A stretch of 64,000 nt of DNA from Spirochaetales bacterium (GTDB lineage: Bacteria > Spirochaetota > Spirochaetia > JABEVK01). The notes under the pieces were generated by a model. It saw only the letters and a list, made by a program, of their open reading frames with translations. It was not told where the DNA came from and searched no databases. Below, in pieces: positions 47,753 to 58,117 of the stretch (positions are counted from its first letter, which is position 1; each line of letters begins with the position of its first letter). The position numbers and the translations under genes were made by a program. The stretch is from NCBI GenBank assembly GCA_037142615.1, contig JBAXAI010000003.1, positions 32,001 through 96,000 on the forward strand, given 5' to 3'.

Positions 47753-48904
47753 ATGACCCCGCAAGACCAGCTTTGGCTCGACGACGTGGCCGGGCGCCTC
47801 ACCGCCAAGCTTGCCCGCACCAGCCGCCGCATTGGCGACAGCCTGCCGTTTGTTTCGGTGAACGGCCGTTATCAGAACTTTGACGGGCGCGAGAACGCGC
47901 TGGCTTGGTGGACCAACGGCTTTTGGCCGGGGTTGCTGTGGCTGGCCTACCGGGAAACTGGCGACGAGTTTTACCGCACCACGGCCGAATCGTGCGAAAA
48001 ACAGCTCGACGGCGCGCTGTACGGCTTTGACGGCCTGCACCACGACGTGGGGTTCATGTGGTCGCTGAGCAGCGTGGCCAACTTCAAACTGACGGGGAAC
48101 GACGCTTCGCGGCGGCGCGCGCTGTTGGCTGCCAGCACCCTGGCCAGCCGGTTCAACCTCAAAGGCGGCTACATCCGCGCGTGGAACGGCGACAACCAGG
48201 GTTGGGCCATCGTCGACTGCCTGATGAACCTGCCGTTGTTATACTGGGCCTCCGAACAGACCAACGACCCGCGTTTTGCCCACGTGGCGCGCGCCCACGC
48301 CGACACCGCTATCCGCGCCGTGCAGCGGCCCGACGGCTCGGTGAACCACATTGTGCACTTCGACCCCGACACCGGCGAGGTTCGCGAAACCTTGGGCGGG
48401 CAGGGGTACGGGGTGGGATCCTCGTGGTCGCGCGGCCAGGCTTGGGCCGTCTATGGGTTTGCCCTCAGCTACCGCCACTCGGGCGACGTGCGCTACCTCG
48501 ACGCCGCCAAACGGACGGCCCACTACGTGCTGGCGAATCTCGCCCTCGGAGCGGGCGGCAAGGGCGTTCCCGCCGTGGATTTCCGCGCCCCGCCCGAACC
48601 CGCACAGATCGACAGCACCGCCGGGGCCATCACCGCCGCCGGCCTGCTGGAAATCGCCAGTCACGTGCCCGAGCTGGAAAAGGCACTCTACCACAACGCC
48701 GCCGTCCAGATGCTGCAGGCGCTCGACACCACCTGCGGCGCGTGGCAAGCCGCCGAGGAAGGCCTGCTGCTGGAGGGAACGCACGCCTACCACGACTCCA
48801 AGGTCAAGCTGTACCCTAACAACCACTCGCCCATCATCTACGGCGACTACTACTTCGCCGAGGCGATCTACCGGTTGCGGGGGCAGACCGCGCTGTTTTG
48901 GTAG
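47753..48904 (+). CDS. GH88 unsaturated glucuronyl hydrolase (second paralogue)
   Basis: WTNGFWPG.LW, HHDVGFMW, IVDCLMNLPLLYWAS, GQGY..GSSWSRGQAW, YGDYYFAEA. Confidence 0.92.
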   Translation: MTPQDQLWLDDVAGRLTAKLARTSRRIGDSLPFVSVNGRYQNFDGRENALAWWTNGFWPGLLWLAYRETGDEFYRTTAESCEKQLDGALYGFDGLHHDVGFMWSLSSVANFKLTGNDASRRRALLAASTLASRFNLKGGYIRAWNGDNQGWAIVDCLMNLPLLYWASEQTNDPRFAHVARAHADTAIRAVQRPDGSVNHIVHFDPDTGEVRETLGGQGYGVGSSWSRGQAWAVYGFALSYRHSGDVRYLDAAKRTAHYVLANLALGAGGKGVPAVDFRAPPEPAQIDSTAGAITAAGLLEIASHVPELEKALYHNAAVQMLQALDTTCGAWQAAEEGLLLEGTHAYHDSKVKLYPNNHSPIIYGDYYFAEAIYRLRGQTALFW

Positions 48905-48974
48905 CAGTAGCAGACCTGTGCGGTCTTTTTTTGTCCCTAGACAGCTTGCTCCGCATGAGTCAGAATGAACGGCG

Positions 48975-50606
48975 ATGAGCGACAAGTATTCTGGCGACAT
49001 TGATCCCGAAATTGCGGCCCTCCTCAACGCCGATGGACCTCCTGGTGGCGCTCCGAACTTTGACGACCTGTTTTCGGCGGGGGGCGGTGGCAATTCGTTC
49101 GGCGGCGAGCCGGCCGACTTCTCCAAGAAAGGTTTCCCCCCGGTCAAAGAGTTTTTTGAGTCGCCCAAGCCCTACTTTACGAATCCCAAGTTCTACAATG
49201 TGGTGTTGGCCGATCTCGGTGATCCGGCAGCCCGCGTGCACCAGATCCTCACCGACCTGATGAATGCCCCCGACCCCGAGACCCGGGGTCAGGCCCGTCT
49301 GCGCTTTACGCCGGCGTGGTGGACGCTGCTCGAGGCACTGGTTCGCGACATTTCGTCGGCGGCGCCCGAACCGAAGCGGCTTGCCGTGCGTTATGGCGTC
49401 CTGTTGCCTTCCCTGCTGGCCCCGGAACAGCGCGACATTCTGGCCTCGATCATCTACGACAACCGGACCGGCGAAGCTGTCCATTATATTGACGAGTGGA
49501 TGCGCAAAGTCGGCAGCGGCGAAGTGGCCCCTCTGGCTACCGACGAAGAAATCAAGGTGGTCAAGAAGGGCTCGGCCGACAACACGGCCAACATCCAGCG
49601 TCTGGAAAAGGTTCAGGGACAGTACCAGGCTCAGACCAACCTCATCAACGTCAAGTTTCAGGAAGTGAAGGAGCTTGAGGCCCTCATCGCCAAAAACTCG
49701 CTGGAGATCGGCCGTCACGACGCTCACCCGATGTTCACCAATCTGGCCGACGTGTTCAACAGCACCCAAAAGAGCGCGCTGTTCGGCATCCAAGAGGCCA
49801 TGAAGAGTCTGTCGGCGCTCGACAAGGAAATCGCGCTCTACTTCCGTGACCTCGAGAAGATGAAGGGCGACCTGACCCGAGCCGAGGCCGCCGTCAACGA
49901 ATCCGGTGGTGTCACCGTCGATACCAAGGCCGTGGTTCGCGAACTGAACTCGATCCGTCAGATGGCCAAGCTTTCGGTAGGGCGCCAGGGCAACCACTTT
50001 CCGGTGCTGATGAAGCAGTACATGCCAGGTCGCATCGACGACATCGCCACCCGCGAAAATGTCCTTTCGATCATGAGTGAGGTGGAGAGGCTCGACCCGG
50101 GTATTTTCATCCGGATGTTCAAGGGAACCAGCAACCGGATCGTTCCGCACCTCATCCTTTTTCCGTCATTTGGCGAGCTCGGGGTCTGCTGGGAGCCGTT
50201 CGAGAAGTTCAACCGTTCGACCAGCCGCGGCCGCATCGGGATTCCCATGTACTCCAAGAGCGTCAAGAACGCGGTGCTCACAGGCCTTGCAGACTTCCGC
50301 TGGCAGGTGGTCAAAGAAAAGGCCGGCTACCGTTGGATGGAAGAAGGCCTTACAGGGTGGTACTATCAGCAATTCACCGATTCCGGTGGCCGTGGCGACG
50401 TGCGCGAGTACTTCATTCAGGACTACATTCTGTGGATCACCAAGGAAAGTGAAGGCACGCAGAAGCTCGACAAGGAAGTGCGTGGCATCTTTTGGCGCAA
50501 CATGCCCTTCCCGCCCGAGATCCGCGAAATCCTTCGCAACCGTGGGTTTGTCTACAGCGAACTGTACAAGAAGGACCTTAACCGCGCCATGAGTGATGGA
50601 TACTAG
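48975..50606 (+). CDS. Conserved hypothetical protein
   Basis: 543-aa ORF with strong codon bias; no family recognised. Confidence 0.75.
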   Translation: MSDKYSGDIDPEIAALLNADGPPGGAPNFDDLFSAGGGGNSFGGEPADFSKKGFPPVKEFFESPKPYFTNPKFYNVVLADLGDPAARVHQILTDLMNAPDPETRGQARLRFTPAWWTLLEALVRDISSAAPEPKRLAVRYGVLLPSLLAPEQRDILASIIYDNRTGEAVHYIDEWMRKVGSGEVAPLATDEEIKVVKKGSADNTANIQRLEKVQGQYQAQTNLINVKFQEVKELEALIAKNSLEIGRHDAHPMFTNLADVFNSTQKSALFGIQEAMKSLSALDKEIALYFRDLEKMKGDLTRAEAAVNESGGVTVDTKAVVRELNSIRQMAKLSVGRQGNHFPVLMKQYMPGRIDDIATRENVLSIMSEVERLDPGIFIRMFKGTSNRIVPHLILFPSFGELGVCWEPFEKFNRSTSRGRIGIPMYSKSVKNAVLTGLADFRWQVVKEKAGYRWMEEGLTGWYYQQFTDSGGRGDVREYFIQDYILWITKESEGTQKLDKEVRGIFWRNMPFPPEIREILRNRGFVYSELYKKDLNRAMSDGY

Positions 50607-50619
50607 GAGCCCGTGATCC

Positions 50620-50892
50620 CTAAAGCTTGCCCTTGAAGATGCGGGAGTCGAGGTACCGGTCGATGGGGAAGCGTTCGCGAAGCAACGCCAGCGCCCAACG
50701 GTAGGTAAACCACGTGGCCATGAGCGAAAGCAAAAAAAGGCCGATCCAGAAGCCGACCGCGACAAAGCCGGTCCGCACGGGTACGAAGATCCCGGCGATT
50801 CCCGAAAAGCCCAGAAAGAAGAAGAACAGCAACACGAGGTTGAGCACGGTTGCACCCGCCAGAAAGGCAATGGTGTTCAGACGACGGTTCAC
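50620..50892 (-). CDS. Small hypothetical membrane protein
   Basis: Two TMs; GTGA overlap with lspA. Confidence 0.65.
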   Translation of the reverse strand: MNRRLNTIAFLAGATVLNLVLLFFFFLGFSGIAGIFVPVRTGFVAVGFWIGLFLLSLMATWFTYRWALALLRERFPIDRYLDSRIFKGKL

Positions 50893-51392
50893 CGCTTTCG
50901 CATTCCGAACAGAAGTGAGAGCACGAACAGCGCTCCTCCTACGTTGATACAGACATCGGCCACATTAAAGATCGCGAACCGTTCCATGCCGAACAGTCCA
51001 TAAAGCCGGAAGCTCAGAAAGTCCACGACGCCCTCGGGCCGGAAGATTCGGTCGACCTGGTTGCCCAGCCCGCCGGCGACGATGAGGGCCAACGACCAGC
51101 GCTGCAACTGAGTCATCGTGGCGTCGCGCCAGTAGTAGACCAAGAACGCAATCATGACCCCCAGCGGGATCAGGATGAACAGACCGACGCGCAGCCAATC
51201 GGGCAGGTTATTGCCCATCGAGAACGCGACGCCCGTGTTGCGCACGTGCACCAGCCACAAGAAGTCGCCCCCCGAGGCCCAACCAACGGTGTTGAGGGGA
51301 ATCAGTGCGACCACGGCCAACTTGCTGGCTTGGTCGGCCACGATCAAAAGGGCCGCGATGATCAGCGGCACGATGCGTTTCATGGCGGGCAT
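50889..51392 (-). CDS. lspA: Lipoprotein signal peptidase II
   Basis: ADQASK, VRNTGVAFS, GGLGNQVDR, VVDF, FNVAD. Confidence 0.95.
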   Translation of the reverse strand: MPAMKRIVPLIIAALLIVADQASKLAVVALIPLNTVGWASGGDFLWLVHVRNTGVAFSMGNNLPDWLRVGLFILIPLGVMIAFLVYYWRDATMTQLQRWSLALIVAGGLGNQVDRIFRPEGVVDFLSFRLYGLFGMERFAIFNVADVCINVGGALFVLSLLFGMRKR

Positions 51393-51396
51393 CGTA

Positions 51397-52158
51397 TCAT
51401 AATCCCGTGGGCAAATCCAGAAACACGGTGGGGACTCCGGTTTCCTTTTGCAGGTGCTGAGCCAAGAGGCGAACTCCCCAGGTCTCGGTGGCGTAGTGCC
51501 CGCCGCTGATCAGGTTGATACCGGCTTCGAGGCAAGTGTGGTACACGGTGTGGTCGGCGTCGCCGGTGATAAACACGTCAAGACTGGACCGAATGGCGTC
51601 GGCCACCTCGCGGGTAGCTCCGCCCGAGACCAGACCCACCGTCCGTACGGGATTCTTGCCAAAGGGAAGCAGTTGCAAGACATTCTCGCGACCGTGAAAA
51701 AGGGTGTCGCACAGCTCTTCCAAACTGCGCGGCTCGGGCAAAGTGCCACGGACTCCCACCAGACGGCCCTTGTACTCCCCGAAGGGTTGTAGGTCGCCGA
51801 GCCCGAGCGCGGTGGCCATGCCGGCATTGTTGCCCAGCGTCGGGTGCGCGTCGAGCGGAAGGTGGTAGGCAAACAACGCCAAATCGTGGTCGAGCAGCGA
51901 CCGGACCCGACGATAGTGATCGCCGGTGAGTGCGAGTGGCTGCCCCCACCACAGGCCGTGGTGCACCACCAGGGCGTCGGCCCCGGCGTCGGCGGCCCGC
52001 TCGAAGCTCTGCAGACTGGCGTCGACGGCGAAAGCGACCCGACCCACCCGGGCCTCGCGGCGGGCCACCTGAAGGCCGTTCAGGGCGGCGTCGGCCCCTT
52101 TCCAAAGCTCAGGTTGCAAGGTGTTGTTGAGCCAGTTTTCGAGTTCGGTGAGCGTCAT
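51397..52158 (-). CDS. Nif3-like dinuclear metal centre protein (YbgI family)
   Basis: NGLQV, AVDAS, VHHGL.W, YHLPLDAH...GNN, GGHYATETWGV; ATG 52158. Confidence 0.92.
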   Translation of the reverse strand: MTLTELENWLNNTLQPELWKGADAALNGLQVARREARVGRVAFAVDASLQSFERAADAGADALVVHHGLWWGQPLALTGDHYRRVRSLLDHDLALFAYHLPLDAHPTLGNNAGMATALGLGDLQPFGEYKGRLVGVRGTLPEPRSLEELCDTLFHGRENVLQLLPFGKNPVRTVGLVSGGATREVADAIRSSLDVFITGDADHTVYHTCLEAGINLISGGHYATETWGVRLLAQHLQKETGVPTVFLDLPTGL

Positions 52159-52227
52159 TCCGGCAGTATAGTTCCGGTTTTCTTGACAGACAACCGGGGC
52201 CTTCGTATCCTGACTCCCGAGGTCTCC

Positions 52228-54615
52228 ATGAACCGTGCGCCGTATGAACTCACCGATGAAGATCTCCGCTTCGAGTTTCCTTTTCCCCAAGAGCCTTGGA
52301 ACGACAAAGTCTCGAAAGACGTGATCGGCCAGCCGCGCGCCATCCGGGCCCTGACGCTCGGCACGGCCATTCAGGCACCGGGCTACAACATCTTTGTTTC
52401 GGGGCCTCCAGGAACGGGACGTCAGACCGCGGTCAAGAAGATTCTGGCGTTGTTGCCGCCATCGAAGACCCTTCGAGACCTTGCCTACGTCAACAATTTT
52501 CCCAAGCCGGACAATCCGGTGGTGCTTAGCTTGGCCCAAGGTAAAGCCCCGGTGTTCAAGCAGCGTCTGCACGAACTGGTCGAGTCGCTCAAGTTGACGA
52601 TACGCCACGAGTTAGCTAGCGAAGTCTATAAAAATCAGCGCGACCATCTGCTCAAGAAAACTGAGTTTGCCGAAACCCATCACGTTTCGGAGTTCGAGGG
52701 TCGGTTGGCCACCGAAGGCTTCAAGATGACCCCGGTCGAAGAGGAAGGCACCGATCCGGGCTCGATGGACATCATGCCGCTGTTTGAGGGCCTGCCGGTG
52801 AGCTTTGACACGCTGCAGGAAAAGGTGACGGCGGGCCAGATCCGTGAAGAAGATTGGAACCGGACCCGTGAGGCCTATTACCGCTTCATCGACGAAATGA
52901 AGACGCTGTTCGACCGCCTGCGTGAGGCCCGCACTCAGATGGAAAAAGACCTGCAGAAGTTGCAGGTGACCTCGGTGAAACGGCAAGTCCACCGGCAAAT
53001 CTCGTCGGTCTCGCGCAGTTTTGCCGACCCGGCGACCAAAGAATGGCTGGTCAGCCTCGAAAAAGACATCGAAGCCAATTTGTTTCTGTTTACCAGCGAC
53101 AAGGCGCTCGAAGACGGTCAGGGCAACCCGGCCCTCGCCCGCTACGCTGTCAATGTGCTCGTCGACCATGGCACCTCGCCCAAGTTGCCCCTGGTGTTCG
53201 AAAAGCGCTCCACTCCGGCCAACCTGTTTGGTACCGTCGAATCGAGGCCCGACCCCACAGGCGAAAACCGGTCCAACTTTCTGCAGATCAAGCCCGGGAG
53301 CATTCACCAGGCCTCGGGGGGGTATCTGGTTCTGCGGGCAGAAGATATCCTTCACCAGGAGGAATCGTGGCCCCTGCTCAAGCAGGCGTTGCAGACCCGC
53401 CAGGTCGAAATCCAGGCGGCAACGGGGCCGTTCGGCGCCACCAGCCTCCTGAAACCCCAGCCCGCCGACATCGATGTCAAAGTCATCATCATGGGCAACG
53501 AGGGCGTGTACGATTTTCTGATTCAGGAAGACCCCGAGTTCGGTCGGCTGTTCAAAATCAGCGCCGAGTTCGATTCAGTGATGGCCCTCACACCCGACAC
53601 GGTGAAAGAATACTTCCGGTTTATGGACAGTCACCTCGAGAGGCACCGGCTTCTGCCCATCGACAATTCCGGCCGACAGGAGATTCTCGAGTTTGGGGTC
53701 CGTTTGGCCGGTCACCGCCGCAAGCTGAGCACGGAGTTCAGCCGCATCGCCGACCTGCTCACCGAAAGCAACTACTGGGCCAGGCAAGAGGGAGAAACGG
53801 CCATTACCCGGCTGTCGGTCGCCAGGGCCGTGGCCGAGAGAAAGTACCTGTTCTCGCTCCCCGAAGAAAAAATGGACGAGCAGGTGCACGAGGGCCAGAT
53901 CTTGCTGAGCGTAACCGGTAGCGCGGTGGGCCAGGTGAACGGCTTGGCCATCCTCGACCGCGGCTCGACGTCGTTTGGGCGACCCATGCGCATCACCGCG
54001 GTCGCTGGTCCAGGCGAAGACGGAATCATGAACATCGAAGGCGAGGCGGGCCTTTCGGGCGAGATCCACGACAAGGGGGTGCTCATTCTTCGGGGCCTCA
54101 TCCGCGGTTGGTTCGCCCGGGACTTTCCCCTCAACCTGTCGGCCAGCGTCGGTTTTGAACAGAGCTACGGCGGCGTTGACGGCGACAGCGCCAGTTCCAC
54201 CGAAGCGTACGCACTCCTGTCGGCCATCAGCGGTGTTCCCCTGCGTCAGGACCTGGCAGTCTCGGGCTCGGTGAACCAAAAAGGCGAGATTCAGCCGGTC
54301 GGCGGCATCACCGAAAAGGTCGAGGGTTTTTACTACACCTGCAAGAAGCAGGGCATGACCGGGACCCAAGGTGTCATCGTACCCTGGTCAAATATCCAAA
54401 ATCTCGTGCTGTCGAAGGAAGTCCAAGCGGCCGTGCGAGAAAAACGGTTCCATATCTATCCTGTGAAGACAATTGATGAAGGGATGTTCTTGCTTTCGGG
54501 CCTCGAAATGGGCAAAATGAAAGAGTCCGGAAAGTACCCGGACCGGACGCTGGGGCATATCATTGTCGCCGCGTTGGAACGTATGCGCGAGCTCACTCAT
54601 CCGAAGGAGGACTGA
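52228..54615 (+). CDS. Lon-family (S16, LonC/AAA_32-type) protease
   Basis: IGQPRA, GPPGTGR, GQVNGL, IHDKG, FEQSYGGVDGDSASS (catalytic Ser), EKVEGF (Lys). Confidence 0.92.
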   Translation: MNRAPYELTDEDLRFEFPFPQEPWNDKVSKDVIGQPRAIRALTLGTAIQAPGYNIFVSGPPGTGRQTAVKKILALLPPSKTLRDLAYVNNFPKPDNPVVLSLAQGKAPVFKQRLHELVESLKLTIRHELASEVYKNQRDHLLKKTEFAETHHVSEFEGRLATEGFKMTPVEEEGTDPGSMDIMPLFEGLPVSFDTLQEKVTAGQIREEDWNRTREAYYRFIDEMKTLFDRLREARTQMEKDLQKLQVTSVKRQVHRQISSVSRSFADPATKEWLVSLEKDIEANLFLFTSDKALEDGQGNPALARYAVNVLVDHGTSPKLPLVFEKRSTPANLFGTVESRPDPTGENRSNFLQIKPGSIHQASGGYLVLRAEDILHQEESWPLLKQALQTRQVEIQAATGPFGATSLLKPQPADIDVKVIIMGNEGVYDFLIQEDPEFGRLFKISAEFDSVMALTPDTVKEYFRFMDSHLERHRLLPIDNSGRQEILEFGVRLAGHRRKLSTEFSRIADLLTESNYWARQEGETAITRLSVARAVAERKYLFSLPEEKMDEQVHEGQILLSVTGSAVGQVNGLAILDRGSTSFGRPMRITAVAGPGEDGIMNIEGEAGLSGEIHDKGVLILRGLIRGWFARDFPLNLSASVGFEQSYGGVDGDSASSTEAYALLSAISGVPLRQDLAVSGSVNQKGEIQPVGGITEKVEGFYYTCKKQGMTGTQGVIVPWSNIQNLVLSKEVQAAVREKRFHIYPVKTIDEGMFLLSGLEMGKMKESGKYPDRTLGHIIVAALERMRELTHPKED

Positions 54616-54618
54616 GGG

Positions 54619-56100
54619 ATGAACATCGATCGGACCAAAGTTCTCCATGCAGCCCGAAATGGCATCCCACTGGTCATCAAGACCCACGCTCTTCCTCCAC
54701 AAACTGAGGCCGATCTCGAAGAGATCTTGCTGATCTACCTGGAAGAACTCGGGCAGGCCGCCGTGAAGGACCATTTGGCCTACTGCCTGAAAGAGCTGAC
54801 GGTGAACGCCAAGAAGGCAAACACCAAACGGGTCTACTTCAAAGAAAAAGGCCTCAACCTCGACGCGCCCGCCGACTACGAAAAGGGCATGAAGTCCTTC
54901 AAGGGCGACACGCTGGGCAACATCAACCACTACCTGGAATTGCAGGAACAACAGGACCTGTACATCAAGGTCACCTACCTGATCCGAAACAACGTGCTGC
55001 ACTTCAGTGTGCGCAACAACGTGCCCATCAAGCCCAAGGAACTCACCCGGGTGTACGACCGTGTAGCCCGGTCGCGCGCCTTTGAAAGCATGGAAGAGGC
55101 CTTTTCGGAGGTTCTCGACGACACCGAGGGTGCCGGTCTGGGCATCGTCATCATGATCCTCATGCTCCGCAAGATGGGCCTGACGGAAAAGTCGTTCGAC
55201 CTCAACTCGCAGAACAACGAAACCGTCGCTTCGCTGGCGATTCCGATGAACAAGGTGAAGCTCGAGCATGTCACCATGGTAGCCGAGGAAATCGTCGGCG
55301 AGATCGAATCGTTGCCACCCTTCCCCGACAACCTGCAACGCCTGCAACGCCTCCTTGGCGATCCCGACGTCAAGTTCGAACAGCTGGCCATTCAGCTTTC
55401 GAACGACCCGGCGATGACGTCAGACCTGCTGAGGTACGTCAACTCTGCCAAGTACGGCATGCGCAAAAAGATCGAAACCATCCAGGACGCGATCAAGATT
55501 GTGGGCATCCGCGGCATCAAGGATCTCGTGTACCCGTACGGCGCGCACAAACTGCTCGACAAATACATGGCCAAGCAGAAGTTCCTGTGGCAAAACGCCG
55601 CCAAGGTGTCGGCCTACGCGTCCGATCTCGCGCGACTTCACAAGCTCGACAAAGACGACCAGAGCCAGGCCCAGATCGGCGGCATCCTGTACAACCTCGG
55701 TCAGATCATCCTGAGCTTCATCCACCCCGAGCAGAGCAAAAACATCATGGACTTCTGCCGGTCCAAGAGCTTCAGCATCGAAATGTTCGACGACCTGACC
55801 AACGCCATCAACCCGACCGAGATCGGTTACCGCATCGCCGAAAAGTGGGATTTCCCCGAAGAACTGGTGCAGATTATTCGCTACCAGAACCAACCCCAGG
55901 CAGCCGAACCGGGGCTTCAAGCTATCATCTGCGTTATTCATTTGGCAGGCAGCCTCCTGTCGGTCGAACAGGATCTGATGACCTACCCCCAGATCAACGC
56001 GGGCGTCATCCGCGCGCTGGGCCTGACCAACCTCGACAAGCTCCAGGCCGAGCACCAGCAGGTGAAAGCCAACTACGAGAAGAACATCTCGGGCGTGTAG
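54619..56100 (+). CDS. HDOD-domain protein with an N-terminal HATPase-like domain
   Basis: KELTVNAKKAN and GAGLG boxes; LPPFP...DPAMT..LLR.VNSA.YG...I.TI.DAI..VG; IG..IAEKWDFPEEL. Confidence 0.85.
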   Translation: MNIDRTKVLHAARNGIPLVIKTHALPPQTEADLEEILLIYLEELGQAAVKDHLAYCLKELTVNAKKANTKRVYFKEKGLNLDAPADYEKGMKSFKGDTLGNINHYLELQEQQDLYIKVTYLIRNNVLHFSVRNNVPIKPKELTRVYDRVARSRAFESMEEAFSEVLDDTEGAGLGIVIMILMLRKMGLTEKSFDLNSQNNETVASLAIPMNKVKLEHVTMVAEEIVGEIESLPPFPDNLQRLQRLLGDPDVKFEQLAIQLSNDPAMTSDLLRYVNSAKYGMRKKIETIQDAIKIVGIRGIKDLVYPYGAHKLLDKYMAKQKFLWQNAAKVSAYASDLARLHKLDKDDQSQAQIGGILYNLGQIILSFIHPEQSKNIMDFCRSKSFSIEMFDDLTNAINPTEIGYRIAEKWDFPEELVQIIRYQNQPQAAEPGLQAIICVIHLAGSLLSVEQDLMTYPQINAGVIRALGLTNLDKLQAEHQQVKANYEKNISGV

Positions 56101-56101
56101 C

Positions 56102-56797
56102 TTGCGAATCGACGGTCCGCCTCGCAATGCGACGCCTGTCGCGTGCCCCTACCTCGAAGACCGACAGTTCGTGCAGGAGTATTTTTTCGGCGACCAGGTG
56201 AACGGGCCGGAGTTCGGTTCACTGCTCGACGGTGGCTGGAGGCATTTTGGCGCCTTCTTCTTTCGGCCCCATTGCGGCGATTGCCGGGCGTGCGAGCCCC
56301 TGCGCATCGATGTGGCGGCTCTGAGCCCGAGCGCCAGCCAGACCCGCATCGTTCGCAAAAACGCCGATGTGGAGTTTTCCGTCGTCCCCCTCGAATACAA
56401 GCCGGAGTATTACGAAGTCTACGAGGAGCACAGCCGGTTGCGGTTCGGCAAAGACAGCGACGAGGAAGACTTTCAACACACGTTCTTCACCCCGGCGGTG
56501 CCATCGTTTGTCACCGAGTACCGGGTGGGGGGCGAGCTCGCCGCGCTGGGCTTCTGTGATCAGTCGAGCGAGGGCATCAGCTCGGTGTATTTCGTTTTCC
56601 GCGAAAAGTTTGCCTCGCGGAGTCTGGGCATCTACAGCGTGCTGCGAGAATGCGAACTCGCCCGCGAAAGGGATCTGAAGTGGTACTACCTGGGCTACTA
56701 CGTGCGCGGCAATGCCACGATGGCCTACAAAGGCAAGTTCCTGCCGCGTCAGATTCTGGACTGGTCGACCGGGGAATGGAGACAGACCGCAGACTGA
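56102..56797 (+). CDS. ate: Arginyl-tRNA-protein transferase family (Ate/Bpt)
   Basis: CPYL, GWRHFG..FFRP.C..CRAC..LRI, GISSVY, SLG.YS.L.E, YYLGYYV..N..M.YK..F.P. Confidence 0.88.
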   Translation: MRIDGPPRNATPVACPYLEDRQFVQEYFFGDQVNGPEFGSLLDGGWRHFGAFFFRPHCGDCRACEPLRIDVAALSPSASQTRIVRKNADVEFSVVPLEYKPEYYEVYEEHSRLRFGKDSDEEDFQHTFFTPAVPSFVTEYRVGGELAALGFCDQSSEGISSVYFVFREKFASRSLGIYSVLRECELARERDLKWYYLGYYVRGNATMAYKGKFLPRQILDWSTGEWRQTAD

Positions 56798-57609
56798 TCC
56801 CAAAGCTGCCGGGCCAATTCGGGCGTCGTCCGAGAAGGCTTCTTGAGCTGGTTGCGGTACCAGTAGCCCCCGCTGGGTAGCTCGTGTTCGGTCTCTGCCA
56901 AGTATACGGCCGTCTGGGCACCCTTGGCCGGTGTCACTCCGAAGGCAACCGCCAGCAAGAAGGCGTTGTGATACAGGGCGTCGGCACCAGACCCGAAGTT
57001 CGTCTTGACGTAGCCAGGGTGGAAGGCGTGGGCGGTCACTTTTGATTCCGGATGCCGCCGGGACCATTCCTGCACAAAAAGGATGTTGGCGAGTTTCGAC
57101 TGGCCGTACATGCCCACCGTCGGGTAGCCCTTGCCCGCAGGAGAATCGAGCCAGTTCGTGATGCCCCGGGGCGCAGCTGAGTGGATCGACGAACTGGTGC
57201 AGAGCACCCGACCGCGGGGTGCCGCTTCGAGAGCGGGCAACAGCAGATGGGCCAACTGAAAGCCCGCCAGATGGTTCACGGCCATTTGCCATTCGGCGCC
57301 GTCGATCAGCGTTCGCTTGGAGGTCTGTCCCCCTGCATTGTTCCACAGCACGTCGAGTCGCGGGGCCAAAGCCAGTACGGTGCTGGCCAGCGACGTGACA
57401 GCAGCGCGTGACGACAAATCCGCCGCCACCGCTTCGAACGAGCCGCTGGGGACTTCCGCCTGAAGCCGGGCAACAGCCAAGCCGGCCTTGTCGGGAGAGC
57501 GGCCGTGCACCAGCACGCGCCAGCCCCGCCTTCCGAGTTCCAGCGCCCCCGCAAAGCCAATGCCCGAGGTTGCGCCTGTGATCAAAATCGTTCGTCCGTC
57601 AGTTGCCAT
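56749..57609 (-). CDS. SDR-family oxidoreductase (retinol-dehydrogenase-like)
   Basis: ITGATSGIG, NNAG, VNHL, YGQSKLAN, HPG.V.T. Confidence 0.9.
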   Translation of the reverse strand: MATDGRTILITGATSGIGFAGALELGRRGWRVLVHGRSPDKAGLAVARLQAEVPSGSFEAVAADLSSRAAVTSLASTVLALAPRLDVLWNNAGGQTSKRTLIDGAEWQMAVNHLAGFQLAHLLLPALEAAPRGRVLCTSSSIHSAAPRGITNWLDSPAGKGYPTVGMYGQSKLANILFVQEWSRRHPESKVTAHAFHPGYVKTNFGSGADALYHNAFLLAVAFGVTPAKGAQTAVYLAETEHELPSGGYWYRNQLKKPSRTTPELARQLWDQSAVCLHSPVDQSRI

Positions 57610-57688
57610 GCGTCCCAAGATAGGCACCACGTCCGCGATCGGCAACCCGCGACAAACAACCGGCGATCGTCTAAGCTGGGCGCACGCC

Positions 57689-58117
57689 ATGCAAGTCCTT
57701 GCCATCGCCACCGGAGCCTTCGTTGCTTTCATGCTCGTTGCCAACTCGGCACTGCAGCAACTCTTGGGACCAGCACCCGCCCTGGTGGCCGTTCACCTGA
57801 TCGGCCTCGTGGTCGTCATCCCGCTGGCGCTGTTGGTTCGATGGCCCGCGAGGAACCCAGGAAAGGTCACCTGGCCGCTCGTTCTGGGCGGACTGGTGGG
57901 TGTGGTACTGGTTTCCATCAACAATCACACCTTCCCGGTGCTCGGAGCCGGCCTCACCGTGGCGCTCGGAGTCGTCGGCCAGCTGACCGCCTCGGCGGCA
58001 GTCGACCACTTTGGTTTATTCGGCCTACCCCGCCGAGCCGTCGGGTTGGCCCAAGTGGCGGGTTTGCTGGTCGCCAGCGCCGGAGTCTTCCTGATGACCT
58101 GGGGGGCAACCCTGTGA
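57689..58117 (+). CDS. DMT-family (YdcZ-like) transporter subunit
   Basis: NSAL...LG; GG..GV; GQL..S..VDHFGLFG. Confidence 0.8.
   Translation: MQVLAIATGAFVAFMLVANSALQQLLGPAPALVAVHLIGLVVVIPLALLVRWPARNPGKVTWPLVLGGLVGVVLVSINNHTFPVLGAGLTVALGVVGQLTASAAVDHFGLFGLPRRAVGLAQVAGLLVASAGVFLMTWGATL

Noticed and set aside
36425-48960. Integrative element with att sites at tRNA-Ala
   Set aside because: No integrase, and no duplicate of the tRNA 3' end found by eye near 48.9 kb. Island status remains inference only.
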